Shown here piece by piece: positions 41,330-54,468 of a stretch of 64,000 nucleotides of DNA. This DNA is from Tubiluchus corallicola (taxonomy: Eukaryota; Animalia; Priapulida), in assembly GCA_030141605.1 (NCBI GenBank), contig JAQGDQ010000005.1:1860180-1924179 (forward strand). Direction: 5' to 3'. The notes under the pieces are model-generated. The model had not been told where the DNA came from, ran no database searches, and saw nothing but the letters and a program-made list of their open reading frames with translations. Numbering within the stretch: position 1 is the stretch's first letter; every line of letters starts with the position of its first letter. A program made the position numbers and the translations under genes.

Positions 41330-42230
41330 GCGAGAGTAACGACTAACGTGGAGAAATCTTCTAGTGCGCTAACATGCCACATGGAAAGTGCATAAAGGGC
41401 TTACCCGGCATATATGAGGCTTACATCACACGCACTCTCATCACTGCACTACTGTCACTCGTCAAACCTGCCATACCGCCAAACATGCCAAATCCGCCAG
41501 ACCCGTCAAATCTGCCATACCGCTAAACTGTCAAAGCCACTTCTCTAATTAACATACTGACGAACTAATTAACTAACTGACTAACTAACTAGCTTAGATA
41601 ACAAACTAACTAAGACAAGACAAGACAAGACAAGACAAGACAAGACAAGACAAGACAAGACAAGACAAGACAAGACAAGACAAGACAAGACAAGACAAGA
41701 CAAGACAAGACAAGACAAGACTAGACAAGACAAGACAAGACAAGACAAGACAAGACAAGACAAGACAAGATAAGACACGCCCTGCTTCTAGCTCGCCTTG
41801 GGGAATTCTTGCCGTGCTTCTTTCCCAGGGAGAACACGAACCAGGTGCCCTGCTTCTAATTCGCCTGGGGGAATGCCCTAACTGACTGTCTGACTCACTG
41901 ACTGATTAAATAACTATGTAACTAGGCATGATTCAGTTAGTTGGTTTGTTAGATAGTTAGTAAGCTAGTTAGTTGGTTAGCTAGTTAAGCTAGTAAGTTA
42001 GTCAGTTTGGCGAGTTTGGCGGCTTTGGCATTATGGCATGTTTGGGTGTTTGGCATGCTTAGCGGTTGGCATGTTTGGCAGGTTTGACAGATGTGGTGGT
42101 GGTGCAGTGATGAAAGGGCGCGCGAAGCATTTAGATGAAGGCCTTGTGAGGCTCCTGTAAGTCCTTTGTGGGTCTTACACGTGACATTTAGCGCGTTAGA
42201 CGTTTTTCAACATTTTGTGATGCTCTTACA
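41330..42230. mobile_element. Long imperfect inverted-repeat (foldback) element
   Basis: Arms are reverse complements: TCTAGTGCGCTAACATGCCACATG vs CACGTGACATTTTAGCGCGTTAGA; TCATCACTGCAC vs GTGCAGTGATGA; GCCAAAC vs GTTTGGC arrays; CTAA vs TTAG arrays. Confidence 0.75.
41612..41777. repeat. (AGACA)n pentanucleotide microsatellite
   Basis: Direct reading; explains the VLSCL ORF. Confidence 0.97.
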
Positions 42231-45062
42231 TGGAACATCTACCCAATTGAAGAAGATACTGTATTTAAGAAAGATTGTTCATTTTACTACTTCGCTTTTG
42301 GAGCTTAAATACACTCAATTTTGTAAGTAGAAACGACAGATGCATAAAACGCGTACAAAACAACAATAAAAACAGCATTATAGAACAACGCAAACGAGTT
42401 CCGCGTACGTCGCTCGAATTAAAAAGAGCACACATGGCAAGTGGATATTCTCAGTTGAAGACTAGAATTCGCTTTGAAACTGAAAAGTTTTCGTTCAGAA
42501 ATTTTTACCGTTTATTATTAACTCCAAACTTCGCAAATATCGATGACAATTGTGCATGATTGGAACTCTGTATAGTTCTGAGATAAAATGCCTGCGCTAA
42601 CTGTATCAGTCACATCTAGACTACAATCTTGGTGAGTCTGATCTGCATGAAAGTTGCTTGGAATTAAAAACTACTGTAATCCAATATCGGTTCCATTTCA
42701 TTGTCTTTCTTAGATCATTTCCAAAGCAGCGTAACAGAAGCCGTGAACTAATGGTACTGAGTAGCTAATGGTACGACAGCTTCACTGAAGAGTGCTAGCT
42801 CATAGGGCCTTCGTTTCTCGAGGCCACATTTTTGCACAGTACACTGTGGTAAAATGGCATTTGCTTTGCCACCAGTTTAAGTTACTGAACAGAAATAAAT
42901 TGCACACTGGACTAAGCACTAAAACCTAGATGAACATAGTAGAGAGACCGACCCACTTTGTTGTGAATCTGACTTTAATTCTGAATTTGAACGTTTGTAT
43001 CAACTAGACTTTTTCCTCGACCTTCGAGGAATAATATAAGTATAAATCATACAAATCTGATGATATGATTATGTATGTGGCATCAACCATTTCTACCGCA
43101 AACGAACTGCCATAAAGCATTAAACAAACATGATAATCACGATTTCTGTTTCTGATTTCTCATCTCGGCATCCATGCGGAAAAGTGCCCCATGAGGTTTG
43201 GTCACATTAGCTCCGATTTTACATATTGCTCAGGGCAAACAAAGACAAAATTTGTAACAAAAAATTTATTGCCATTTGCGCCCTGTCATTTTTTGCATTA
43301 CTCTGAGTGGATGGAGAAGCAAGGAACAAAGAATTCAACTTAAGGACTTCTGATCTTAGATGTATCATTTCATTATATGTCTGCATTAGAGTAATTTAGA
43401 TATTGATAACAAATACATATATTTCTTTAGTTACTAAGAAGCTGCCAACAGGATTAACTCGATTACCGGTCTTACTCGATTAACTAAATAAATATTAATG
43501 TCGTACAAATCGAGGTGAGCTATTGGTCTTTCGCCACCCCGTCTTAATGTAGTGTTTATCAACTTAAAGAAACTGTATATTATTATGTGTAACTTTAAAT
43601 GAGACGAATAAAATCTAATCTAATCTAATCTAGAGGAAATATGAAGATGTAAAGACTTACTAGACTTGGTTATAGTAACATTAACTGTTTTCTAGATATC
43701 ACTGCAGATGGTCTAGCAAAATAAGCACGGTGACTGTGACCTCTCTATAGAATCTAGAGTCAAATCAGAACTCGATGTTCGTGGCAAGTATTGCAAGTGT
43801 ATAATCGATTTTTAATACTGTTCTGAATGAATGTATGAACAGACGGCCAAATAGGCGGATAGACATATAAGCACACGAAGAAGCCAAGAAACAAACGAAC
43901 GAATAAGCAAATAAATGACTGAATAAGAGACGAATGTCAGGTAAACAGAAAAGTAACCTACAAATGGGTGAAATGACAAACGATACAGCAAAATAGCTAA
44001 CTGAGCAAAAAAACAATTACAGCGACGTCTGACCTGACCTTTCATCTCAATACTCATGCTCAGTAAAGATCAATAGCCTTACGAACTGCTAAATAAAAGA
44101 GAAACCCTGACGTAGACCTTTCACCATTCATCTCTTTGCTCTCAGGTGTAGAACCTTTTGTTGATTTTGGAGTTCAAACTATTATGTTGTCATTAGGTTT
44201 AATAATATTAGCTTCATCCCTTTAGCTGACAATATTCTGGAAGCATTTTAGTCAATCAAAGTGAAAATGAGCGCTTCGTGATTTTTGTCTATTTACCCAC
44301 CTTCTAACTGAGAACATTAATGTGAATAGATTTGCTGAGTTTGATTATCTGAATGAATGGATGAGCGAACTAATAGAAGCAAATATACATGTAATTCTAC
44401 TGCAAAGCATTCATTCTCGCCAGAATGAACAGCTTTAGTTGAGTTTGTTTTTTTACAATTATTCGTTCCAGCCAAGCCATCTGGTTAGAAAGCAATGACC
44501 AGTTTTTTTGGGTTTTTTGGAAACACTGTTAGTTTTTAAATTCTTGTTAATGACTGGAGCGTCCCGAACACTTGTTAATACTGAAATTCTGATACATCCG
44601 AGCTCTTTTACCATATATGAAATTGTCATTTGTAGAGTTACCTCAGATTTCTAATAAAAAATATAAAGATTTTGTTTTATCGTATTTATCGTAATTTAAT
44701 TTGTTATACAGACTATTTTATAGACTGCAATAGGCAGAAAATAACGACAATATCGCATGTATCACATAGCTGTTGATTATGTGCATTGCTGACCCTAGAG
44801 GATTGATAATTAGTTCACGTTAATGAAGCATCCAGTCAAATAGTATCAAAGCAAACAGTATAAAATGATATAAATGCTGTACGCAATGCTTTGCATTTTC
44901 CTGTTGCAGGCAAAGGGATCTCCCATTCATTTCTAATACTTTGTCTTCGTTACTTGTCCATGTAATTCTTTCCTTTCTCTCTGCGAGTTCGGTTGTCTGA
45001 GTCGGGGAATTCGTTTTTCTCAACCACCTTACCTGCTTGTACATCTTTTGAGACCGGTTATT

Positions 45063-45160
45063 TAGCCGAGTGGTCACGGCATGAGCTTCGCGACTGAAGA
45101 TAAATATTGTCGAAACTGCTCAGTGAATTATTTGTGACCGACTGGGTTCGATAGCTCCAG
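45063..45160 (+). mobile_element. Possible tRNA-derived SINE head
   Basis: A-box TAGCCGAGTGG (45063-45073) and B-box-like GGTTCGATAGC (45145-45155); spacing is longer than usual. Confidence 0.25.
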
Positions 45161-46448
45161 AAAGGTTTATTCGCCAGAATGATTGGACGCTTACCTTGTT
45201 GAGGAAATATGTAAACCATTGCCATTGTGTTAGTGTGTGTGACTTACACCTACATGTATACCCACTCCTACCTACATGTATACGGGGATGTGTTGATGTG
45301 TTATACGGTCGAGTTTATCAACATATAAGCTGGACTCGGTGGCAAAAAGTTGTAACTTGATAGTATTGTTAATTGCATCACATATTAAATGACAACAGTA
45401 CGTACACAATGGTTCATAAGAAATTAAGAATCTTATCTGATACATTGTAGAGCAGGGTTTAGTGATATCGCGGTTGTATAGTGTATGGGGACTGCAAATC
45501 CATAATTGCATTTGGAAAATCAATGACACTCAGAGAGCATCCTTTAGTTAATTTTTCATTAGTCTAATAAAACGAAGTATATACTGAGCTACACCCAGTT
45601 TTGTTTGCGGTTCGCACATTGTTATAACAAAATATAAAGCAATTTAACGTGGGTTTTAATTGGAAGTATTTTTGGGTATATTTCTATGAAGTTTCTTTAG
45701 CCGCTTTAGCGATTCATAATTTTTCACTGTTTCTTGTCACACAGTGGTATGTAAGTAGATATACCAATTATAATACCATCCCAACTTCAAAAAAGTAAAT
45801 ATACGAGGACAGTGCAGCAGATGAACCATCCAGGATCATTGTATCATTTGTATGCGTGTACCTTGCAATAATCAGTTACAACTTACTTGCAGTAATCAAA
45901 TTACTAGATTACTTACAAATTATTTCTAAATAAGTGCAAACAACGTGTCACGTAGTTATATATAGGATATAGAGTAACAAAAGTGTCTAAAATAGTTATA
46001 GGCCTATGTGTTGATATTTATTCATTCTCATTTATTACATTTATTTATTACGTAACATAACACGTAGTAATTCAAATAGTATTAGTATATAAATTGACAG
46101 TTTACGTTTTCTTTTGCAAACATGTCTGTAACCTTGTCAGCACATTGATGACCATATGCTAAAAAGTGTGTAAAGAAATTAATTGGTTTTAATGAAATGA
46201 GTTTGATATCAAGTGCTATTATTAACTTTAAAGGTATTAAAAGTTAAAAAACAATTCGCCGAATAAAAGAAACAGGTTAATTATAACCTTTAAAGGGATT
46301 TTGTATAGTACATAAGCAATTTCTGAAGACTGAAATCTTAAATTTTGACATTTTAAAACAGAATTATTTGCCCTGAAAGCAACCAGTTTTTGCCCTGAAA
46401 TTGTGCAGTTCGTTTGTCATGGAAGCTATTTACGGCGGTACGGAGCGT

Positions 46449-46604
46449 TCAGACTAGCGAGTTTTCTCGTCATATTATTAACTCGGCTAGTAGCTCGCTA
46501 GTGTGTTTAATTAGTGTCAGAGTTTGCATTTTCTTACCGACAGTAACTCGCAAAGCTGCTCACATTTGCGAATTTGCTGTTAGAAAGAAATCTCGCTAGT
46601 CTGA
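46449..46604. mobile_element. Short MITE-like inverted repeat
   Basis: TCAGACTAGCGAGTTTTCT / AGAAATCTCGCTAGTCTGA, 18/19 complementary. Confidence 0.6.
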
Positions 46605-48594
46605 TAGAGTTAGAAAATTAATAAATTTGAAACAAGTGTTCAAAAAATTTGCCTAATATTCGTCTCACTCAATATTGGCCAAACGCAAATGCATTTTCGC
46701 ACTTTTTATAAGATTTGTTTTCGACAGATTTTCATAAAAATTCCTGAACATTCCTAAAAATTGATTAAGGCTGTTTGCTAGAAATTCTGGACTTCCTAAG
46801 TGACATCATGGGAATTTATTTCTGGAGTATGACTAACTTTACCGATGATTAGTACAGTTTTGCGACCTAGATCGTGCAAAAAGGCGACATTTTGTCATCG
46901 CATCTCGGACAGTGTCAAATGAAATTAATATCACCTGGATTATATCTGAATTTCAGCATCAGTTTCCATGACTCGAAGTTAAGGTATGAGAAAGGTTTTT
47001 ATTGACAAGCCTAAGCTATTGCCTTATTAATAAATCGTAGCTGCTGATAACATGTTATCTCGAATATAGAATCTAATCAGTCTACGATTAAGTGGGATAT
47101 GTTCGATACTATAATTGCATTATAAATTTATGCTACTGCTACTGGATTGTATGTGCTGTAATAATCACGAATGTAGAATTTTCTGTTCATCTAGCTGCCC
47201 TATTCAGCGATAAATTCGACAGTATAATTACTTTCTAAATGAACACACGTTACGTTTTACATGCATTAACGTGATACTTGTACAACACGGGAATGCCATT
47301 TAAAGCGCATCTGCTATATACAGTTAGCAATGTTTAGTATTCGGCTCAGTATCATTTCTGTCACACCTGTTATATAGTGCCTTACTAGAGTTTCTCGACC
47401 AAATCTATTATTTTTCCCGTCTAATGTAATATGAACCGTCCATAAAAGAAAACTAAATGATCGGCAAAAGCTTTTAGCTTTATATTTTCATATTTTAAGC
47501 TTTTAAATTTATAATTTAAAATTCGTTTTTGTGAAAAATTGTTCTTTAGTTCATTAAGCTACTGATCGCTAGAAAATGCCTACAGTAGGTTAGAAGAATA
47601 AGAGGTCTTTGAGTTCTGCGGCCATAAGATAGTTATTAACATTAGCATAACAAAATATTACTATTAACCGAATAAGGTTGGCTGTCACTATCGTATAAAT
47701 ACACAAATACATTTTATTTGTCGATACTAGAACAACAGGTTCCGCATAAGAAAATATTATGTTCCTATTTATATTTTATATTTTATAAATAGAAACCTTT
47801 TTCTATTTATAAAGTCTGCATTTCCAGACTCAGAAATGAGAGGTATTGGCAAAATTATATTCGATTGCATAGCAGTCATACCACAATGCCACGAATCCCA
47901 ATTTTTCGTTTTGCTAAGGAAAATAGTGGAGCTTGATGACACAGCCGGTTCATTGTTTCATTAATTTTTAGGGGATATCTTTGATATAGAACTGGTTCCG
48001 GAGGGGGGGCACAATCATTCAACAGCTATTTAATAATTAGTAGCAGTTCTTGCTATCGAGTAAACTGAATTTTGGCTTGCAGTTTCTGACATGTATAAAA
48101 AAATCTTGTAATGTTTATTTTATTTGTATGAAAAAATCTCCGTTTGAGCGCTGTACGTAAATTTATAAAACTGACCGTTACGCTCAATGATCGTAAATCG
48201 TGGACAAGATTCAAAAACCATATTTCACTGATTAGTCAAATAGTCAAAAATTTAACATTGCTAGCTTATCCTAGACTATTTTTAGGATGCAAATGTGCAA
48301 ACGCATTTTAATTATTTGCACATACATTAAATATTTTAATTAACAGTTTCGCCCAATTATATATATATAATAGAAAAGCTGAGTAGCTTAAATTCGCAAA
48401 CTACATAAAACACCGAAAAGACTAAAAGGAAATTTCGAGCCGAACAACGAAGGAATTTTTGCAACGAAGTGTTTAGAGATGCAGTTATATAGAGAGAGAA
48501 CAGGTGGTTTATTGTCTAAATAAATTACAACGCTTAAATGCTGCTTGTATAAAAATTGTAATAGTAACTATTAGCTTGGTTGCTCGTTTAGTTT

Positions 48595-48907
48595 TTACTC
48601 AGTCTGATATTGCGATAGGGACTGAGAATGTACAAGCAACATTGAATTTCGAAAATCAGGTTGGTAGTTATCCCATTCAAATGTAGGTGGCGTCATAATA
48701 TAAGGATTGTCTCGCTGCCGTAGTGCAGTTTTACCCCGTAGCACGACGTTGTTGTTGCCTCTTCCTGCAGTGTCAGCTAAAGAAGCCTCGGTACTTGCTC
48801 CGTAATCCGAACGTTGCGAGACCCCGGCGCTGCTGATTGTGCTGACGTCCGTCTGCCCTTGTGTTGGAAGCCATTCTCGACATTCTTCACACATGCTGCT
48901 CATATTC
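48595..48907 (-). CDS. Probable terminal exon of the single-pass membrane protein (NMSSMCEECREW...SQYQTE*)
   Basis: ttttgcgttgttctgttgcttag acceptor; GC-richer open frame of 104 codons; phase 2 matches the donor at 49635. Confidence 0.55.
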
Positions 48908-49635
48908 CTAAGCAACAGAACAACGCAAAATAAAGCTAATACAGCACATCTATAAGACAGTCATTGTATGCAGCATCTCAATAGGCCAGTACTAATACTG
49001 ATATTGCTAGTGATCTTTAATTTGACTGTCTACTATAACTAACACATGGGATTCTCTACACATTATAATTCAGAACGTAGGCACTATTTAAACAATACTA
49101 GTCATAAATGAGGGTGGTCTGATGTCAATGACTGTTTGTCGCCTGTTGTCATTAGCAACGGGCGTTAATGCCATTAACAGTTCGTCGTTATTAGTAGGAG
49201 GATAAATGACCATTAACGGCCCAAGTCATTAGCAACAAAGCAACTGACATACTGAAGCTACTGAAAAAACAATAGAAAAGAATTTGCAGTAAACAAATTT
49301 AATTAAAAAAGCTAGTATTAATAGTAAATAACACTAGATTTCTTACGCATCGCGAACCTCGGCTTCCAATTGCAGCCCTTTGGCATCACGCATTAATGAA
49401 GCCATCGGATTGCAAATGATAGGCCTCCGGCCGCAAAAGCTCACTTACCGATTGCTGATCGTAGAAGGGTGATGGGTGACCACGTTTTGCAAATGTTGAT
49501 AATGTAATAGAAATACTACAACGAAGACAGACCAGCGACAATAAGAAGCATATAGGCATTAATACACAACCGAATAAACGTTGAAAAGCTTACTTATAAA
49601 CAGCTACTGCTCAACTTTAGTGATTTATAACTCAC

Positions 49636-50552
49636 GTGCTTGGAATTCCGTAAATGCCCTCTAAGTTGTTTTCATTGAAATTATAATCAACCGAAGGAAC
49701 TGGTGTGGGTGGGGGTGCCGACAACGATTTTCTTCTTTTTCTTTCCCTTTCGTAAGCAGCCACGCGTCTATTGAATTCACTGACGGTAGTCGGGTAATGA
49801 ACATTAGTTGTCGTTATACTCTGATTATAGTCGCTAGAGTTTACTGACGCTTTGGGTTTAGCAAATTTTTTGACACTTTCATAGTATGGAAAATCTGAAG
49901 AAGGGTATGTAGTCGTCGTTGATCCGTGACCATTTACATCGGGAAGACTCTTTTTAAGTCTTGCAAGAGTCGGCGGCAAAGCTATCATTGTGTCATTAGA
50001 CGACTTACTCTTTGCATACCGACGAGGGTGGTGTGGAGTACATGCATCATCACTACTGCTCAGTGACACCTGTGAACGTTTTTTGAATTGTAAAGGTGAT
50101 TGATCTGACTTTAGCGGTGTGACAAAGATGTACTTATACGGAGCTACTTGCCTTGCATGTCTTCTGACGTTCAGTGAAACTGTACTGACTTCAGAAAAAT
50201 CACTCTCTATCGTCTGACGTAGAAGATCTTGGTAATTAGGCTGACGGCTCGCTACCGTTAGGCCTTTATGGTTAGAAAATCCGGGTGTATTTTTCTCTGT
50301 GTTTGTGCGACTGCTTTTTTCTCGAACATGTCTGATGACCATACTTCGGTTTTTGTGGATTTTAACCAGCGAACGTTTTTTCCATACATGGTTACAAACA
50401 CTGTGCAGCAACACTAATAAAACTAGTAATATTAGAAATGAAACGGGTACAACAACTCCAACAATAAGCGACTTTGCTGTTGCCGTTGAACAGTCATATT
50501 GTGCAGTGTAGTTTACACAAGAAGGCCTACTATCTTCTTCTGTTGTCGACAT
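49636..50552 (-). CDS. Type III single-pass membrane protein with a long low-complexity Tyr/Pro-motif cytoplasmic tail (transmembrane-adaptor-like); 306 aa if unspliced (stop at 49632), 409 aa if spliced
   Basis: ATG at 50552 after an in-frame stop; no signal peptide; about 25-aa ectodomain with two Cys and an NYT sequon; TM LIVGVVVPVSFLILLVLLVLL; basic KKR stop-transfer; AC|GTGAGT donor overlaps the apparent stop. Confidence 0.8.
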
Positions 50553-52464
50553 ATTAACACACAAAAGTTAGTGTGTATAAACATCTATCCAGAGACAACG
50601 TTGTAACAGTCTTTCAAATCACTTTTACGGTTCACTTCATTTTTAATTGGGAATAAATTATTTTTAAGGAAGCCCTTAAGATGTAGTGTAGTTTAGTACA
50701 GTAAGTATCACTGGTAGCTTTGCCAAAGATTATGTAATTTGTGTTGTGTCTTTTTAGCCTTCCCTACACACATAATTATATTACTAAACAGACCTGTACT
50801 TGCTGGAAAGAACGAGGCGAATTTTTTTTTTGCTGTAGGGAGAGGGTGGTGACAGGATTTATTTAACATAAAATATTTACCTGCAAAAAATTATATATAG
50901 TAATTGTAATTTCAAGCAAACATACTTGAAAAAGAAAACCGGACGAAATATTAAGCAATAGAGCAAAACAATCTGCCCTATAAAATATCGAAAGGGAACA
51001 TACCGTTTTTAACAAATGTCTTAACATTTAAATAATTATTGCTGCAGAAACGTGATTTCGCCTTTGGGCGGCTAGCTTGTCGCTGTTACATCTGGGGAAG
51101 GCGCTGCGCAAAAAACAGGCACTGTACTTCACAGTTCAGTTTGGTTCATTTGTGATGTGGCGCACACATTTAAGCGCTTATGCGGGAGTACAGCGGTAAA
51201 CTAGAAATTTAAATTTTTCAACTTAAAATTTGCAGAGATTTGTATGTCACACTAAATGTTGTAAGGCAGCACTGAACCTCAATTTTCACTTTCGCAAACA
51301 CGTGCAACAAGCTCGTGGAATGTTTGTGCTGTAGAAAAATCGTGTTCAGTTGTGATGTTATCACTAGTCGTTAATTAAGTTTTTAACTTATTATTTAATT
51401 GCCAGAAACACCTTGGTATCATTCTAGGTGTTAAAACCTATACTTTTTACCGTAGTTCAAATTGGAGTAGGATGTCAAAAATCATCCTGTTTTCCTTTAA
51501 CAGAAAAATTACTTTTTTGCACGCCAACGATGTGTGTCACGCTTTTTAACTGGCTACTATTTTTAATTTTGTGGGCATATCTAGGCTAGCATACCAACGC
51601 AAATCGTGTAAACAGAATAATGTGGTGTGGCATGCCATGTGGTGCCATCTATAGGGCATCAATTCTGATGCATCTTGTAAATTAATGAATTCCGAATTGC
51701 TTGTTGCTAGATGCAGAAAAATGAAAAAAGTTGAGAATGAATTTTAAAAAATTATTACAAACGTAAGATTCACATGTACCATATGTAAATCTCAATGTAT
51801 CATAAACAAGCAACTCCAGCAAACTATCATGTAACGGATTTGCCAAGAAATCTAAACCAAATTGAAATCGCTACGGAATGAAGAATGTCAATTAAATCAA
51901 ATATTTTTCCACACCAAATTAAAAATTTAAATGTCTACACAAATAATTAATAGGAATTTTTAATAGCCATGAAGTTATCTCTGGAAATTGTGCAAACGAG
52001 AATTAATGTAGCGACAAATGTAAAGTTATCCTGGGTTATACTTTTGAACGAATACATTTTCAGATTTGTAAAATATGTAACAATTCTATGAATTAAGCAA
52101 TTCGAGTTTCGGGTCCTAAATGTAGCTATGAATTATGACAGAACTTTGTAAGGAAAATGTAGCCTATAGGAAAACTATATAAAAAGTCATTTATGTTCGC
52201 TTGCGTAAGGCAAAATCGGAAGAGCACCGAAACAGAAAACACATAAGAGAATTTAATAATCTTGTTGAAGACTTTTTTGAAAACCTGTCCTGTCTGTGCT
52301 TAAAATTTTATAGTGATTGAAATTGGATTTACTTGTTTTTGGTATTTCATATTGTTATTATTAACTAATTTAAGTTATAATTTTAACGTAAACGTATTCA
52401 CATTGTTTTATGGTTAAGTAACGTTTGTATTTCATTTATCTTGGCACTAATAAGCTGTCTGCGA

Positions 52465-52776
52465 CCAGTCAAAGTCTCAAAGGACCGCAACCAAAAGACC
52501 CGCCAGACAAAGGGCCATCGGTAACATAAAATTAAATTAAATTAAATGTATAAGACAGTTATACTCACTCCAAAATTATCGCTCTCTTTAAAATATTGTT
52601 GGTATCTAAATAAAAGTTGCAATTACAAACTAACGAGCAGAAACAACGCTCATGAGCTAGTGGCCGATTGACTGGTCGTCCTTCACTCATCCTTTGTCTA
52701 GCGGTCATTTGAATACCTTTAAAATGTGAAAGGGTTTTTAGCTGGTGGTCCTTTGTCCATGGTGAGTCTTTGACTG
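52465..52776. mobile_element. MITE-like element
   Basis: CAGTCAAAGTCTCA / TGAGTCTTTGACTG inverted ends (13/14) and GACAAAGG / CCTTTGTC subrepeats. Confidence 0.5.
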
Positions 52777-54468
52777 CCCACCGGTGCCGGTAAGCACTAA
52801 GCAGTTTGTACGCAACTGCGAACTACGGTTTTTGGAAAATCACACTGTTTAATTAAGTAATCGGTTTTAGCATTTTTTGCGATGTTCTGTCATCAGCTTT
52901 AAAGAAACTCATCAGTTTTATATGTGTCATGCCGTCACTCACACCGCGCATTAGCGTTAGATTACCTCAGGAAAACCAAAATGCTGCCAGCTCGCAAAAA
53001 AACTGGTTAGCCATCAAACATGCATGTGTATATGTTTTGACCTAATCGTTTAAACTTCAATCAATTTTGTACCTGTCACCATTAATCTTTCGGCGAGTAA
53101 AAAAATTTCGTTATAATGCTTAGCATCAGCCGTGAGCGTTTATATGCGATAATCCAGTCGAGTTTTTAACTTGGGATAATGAAAAAACTATGCCCTTATT
53201 CATGCAGGTTAATAGGAAAGTTACATTTTTATATAGGGTAGTTACTTGACTAGGTTATCAATTTAAAATAAAGACTGTGATGATTTTATTTGGGTTAATT
53301 GAACAAAAAATAATAATTTCCTTGATCAACGATTATACGCATTTTTGTTGATTTCATGGAAATGTACGTGGCTTTGTAAAGTACGTTAAAGGGGTATACG
53401 AATTACATGTGACAGAATTTTCTAAAAGTGACTTTTTAACTAATTAGAACTTAATTTTACTAACCAATTATGATCGTCTTACTAGCTCTTAACCAACTAC
53501 TAACAACTGCGGTTAACGAACATTATTTTGGTCAAAACTGTGAGCCGCTCGCTGTGGTTCATAGTGCGACAAAACACTTTTTTCCACCCTTAGCTAAAGA
53601 CCCTCTTAGATCAGGTGCGGAATCGAAATTTCAGCTTTCCAGGAAAAAGGCGAAAATCATAGCAATTAAGTTACGCGCCGCATCCTTAATGCATAGCGAA
53701 TATGTTATGTATGTAGTTAAGTTTCTCAAATGACTGTGTTTGTGTGGTCACTTCAGTTTTCTTTATGTTTTTCCTATTTATCTACAGATTTTGTATTAGT
53801 AGCGCTAGTCGGTCAGTAAGAATTTTGTGAGACTGGGTAGCGTACGCGGGGCTTAGCTTGCGCTGCCGATCTGTGTACTGTAAACAAAGCTGCAGGACCC
53901 TCGTTGTTCTATTAAATGAGCACTCGCTTAATAGTACAGGTTATCATATCATTAATATAGTGCATAAGATAGACATAGTACAAGTTATTATAGCATTATG
54001 CACATGTCCCAATAAATTAAAAAAATAAATTAACAATGTACTTCTGTAATAATTTTTAGTTACTCGAGTTATGGTAAAATAAATAACACACACCAGTTTA
54101 TGGAAGAAAAGGTAGATAAAATAAATTAAGTTTTTATTTTGAAACCTATTTCATAGGCGCTTAAACTGGCAATAATTACACTATTTACACAGAAACGCAA
54201 GTTACATAAAAGGAATGCAGTACATAATGGGTGTCTGGCGGAAAATGTGGCATTCTGCAGAAGTATCAGGACTTTGATTACGCTAATAGAGCGCATATAA
54301 GCGTAATTTACATAAAGTGATTCAAATTCTCGTTTGCACTTGTAAATTTAGCTGCTATAAAGCCTGTCACACTAAATAACTATGATTTGGAACAAATGTG
54401 TTGCATTCATACGTGTGACATGCATGCAAGATCAGCGTATTCCTTCACATTTCCATGTGAACAGACAG

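Noticed and set aside
47782-47813. 14-bp stem hairpin (also one at about 56698-56797) as a miRNA precursor
   Set aside because: Almost entirely AT, too short or imperfect, and no recognisable mature miRNA
49090-49260. Extra coding exon for the membrane protein
   Set aside because: All frames from the acceptor hit stops, and the segment contains short direct and inverted repeats
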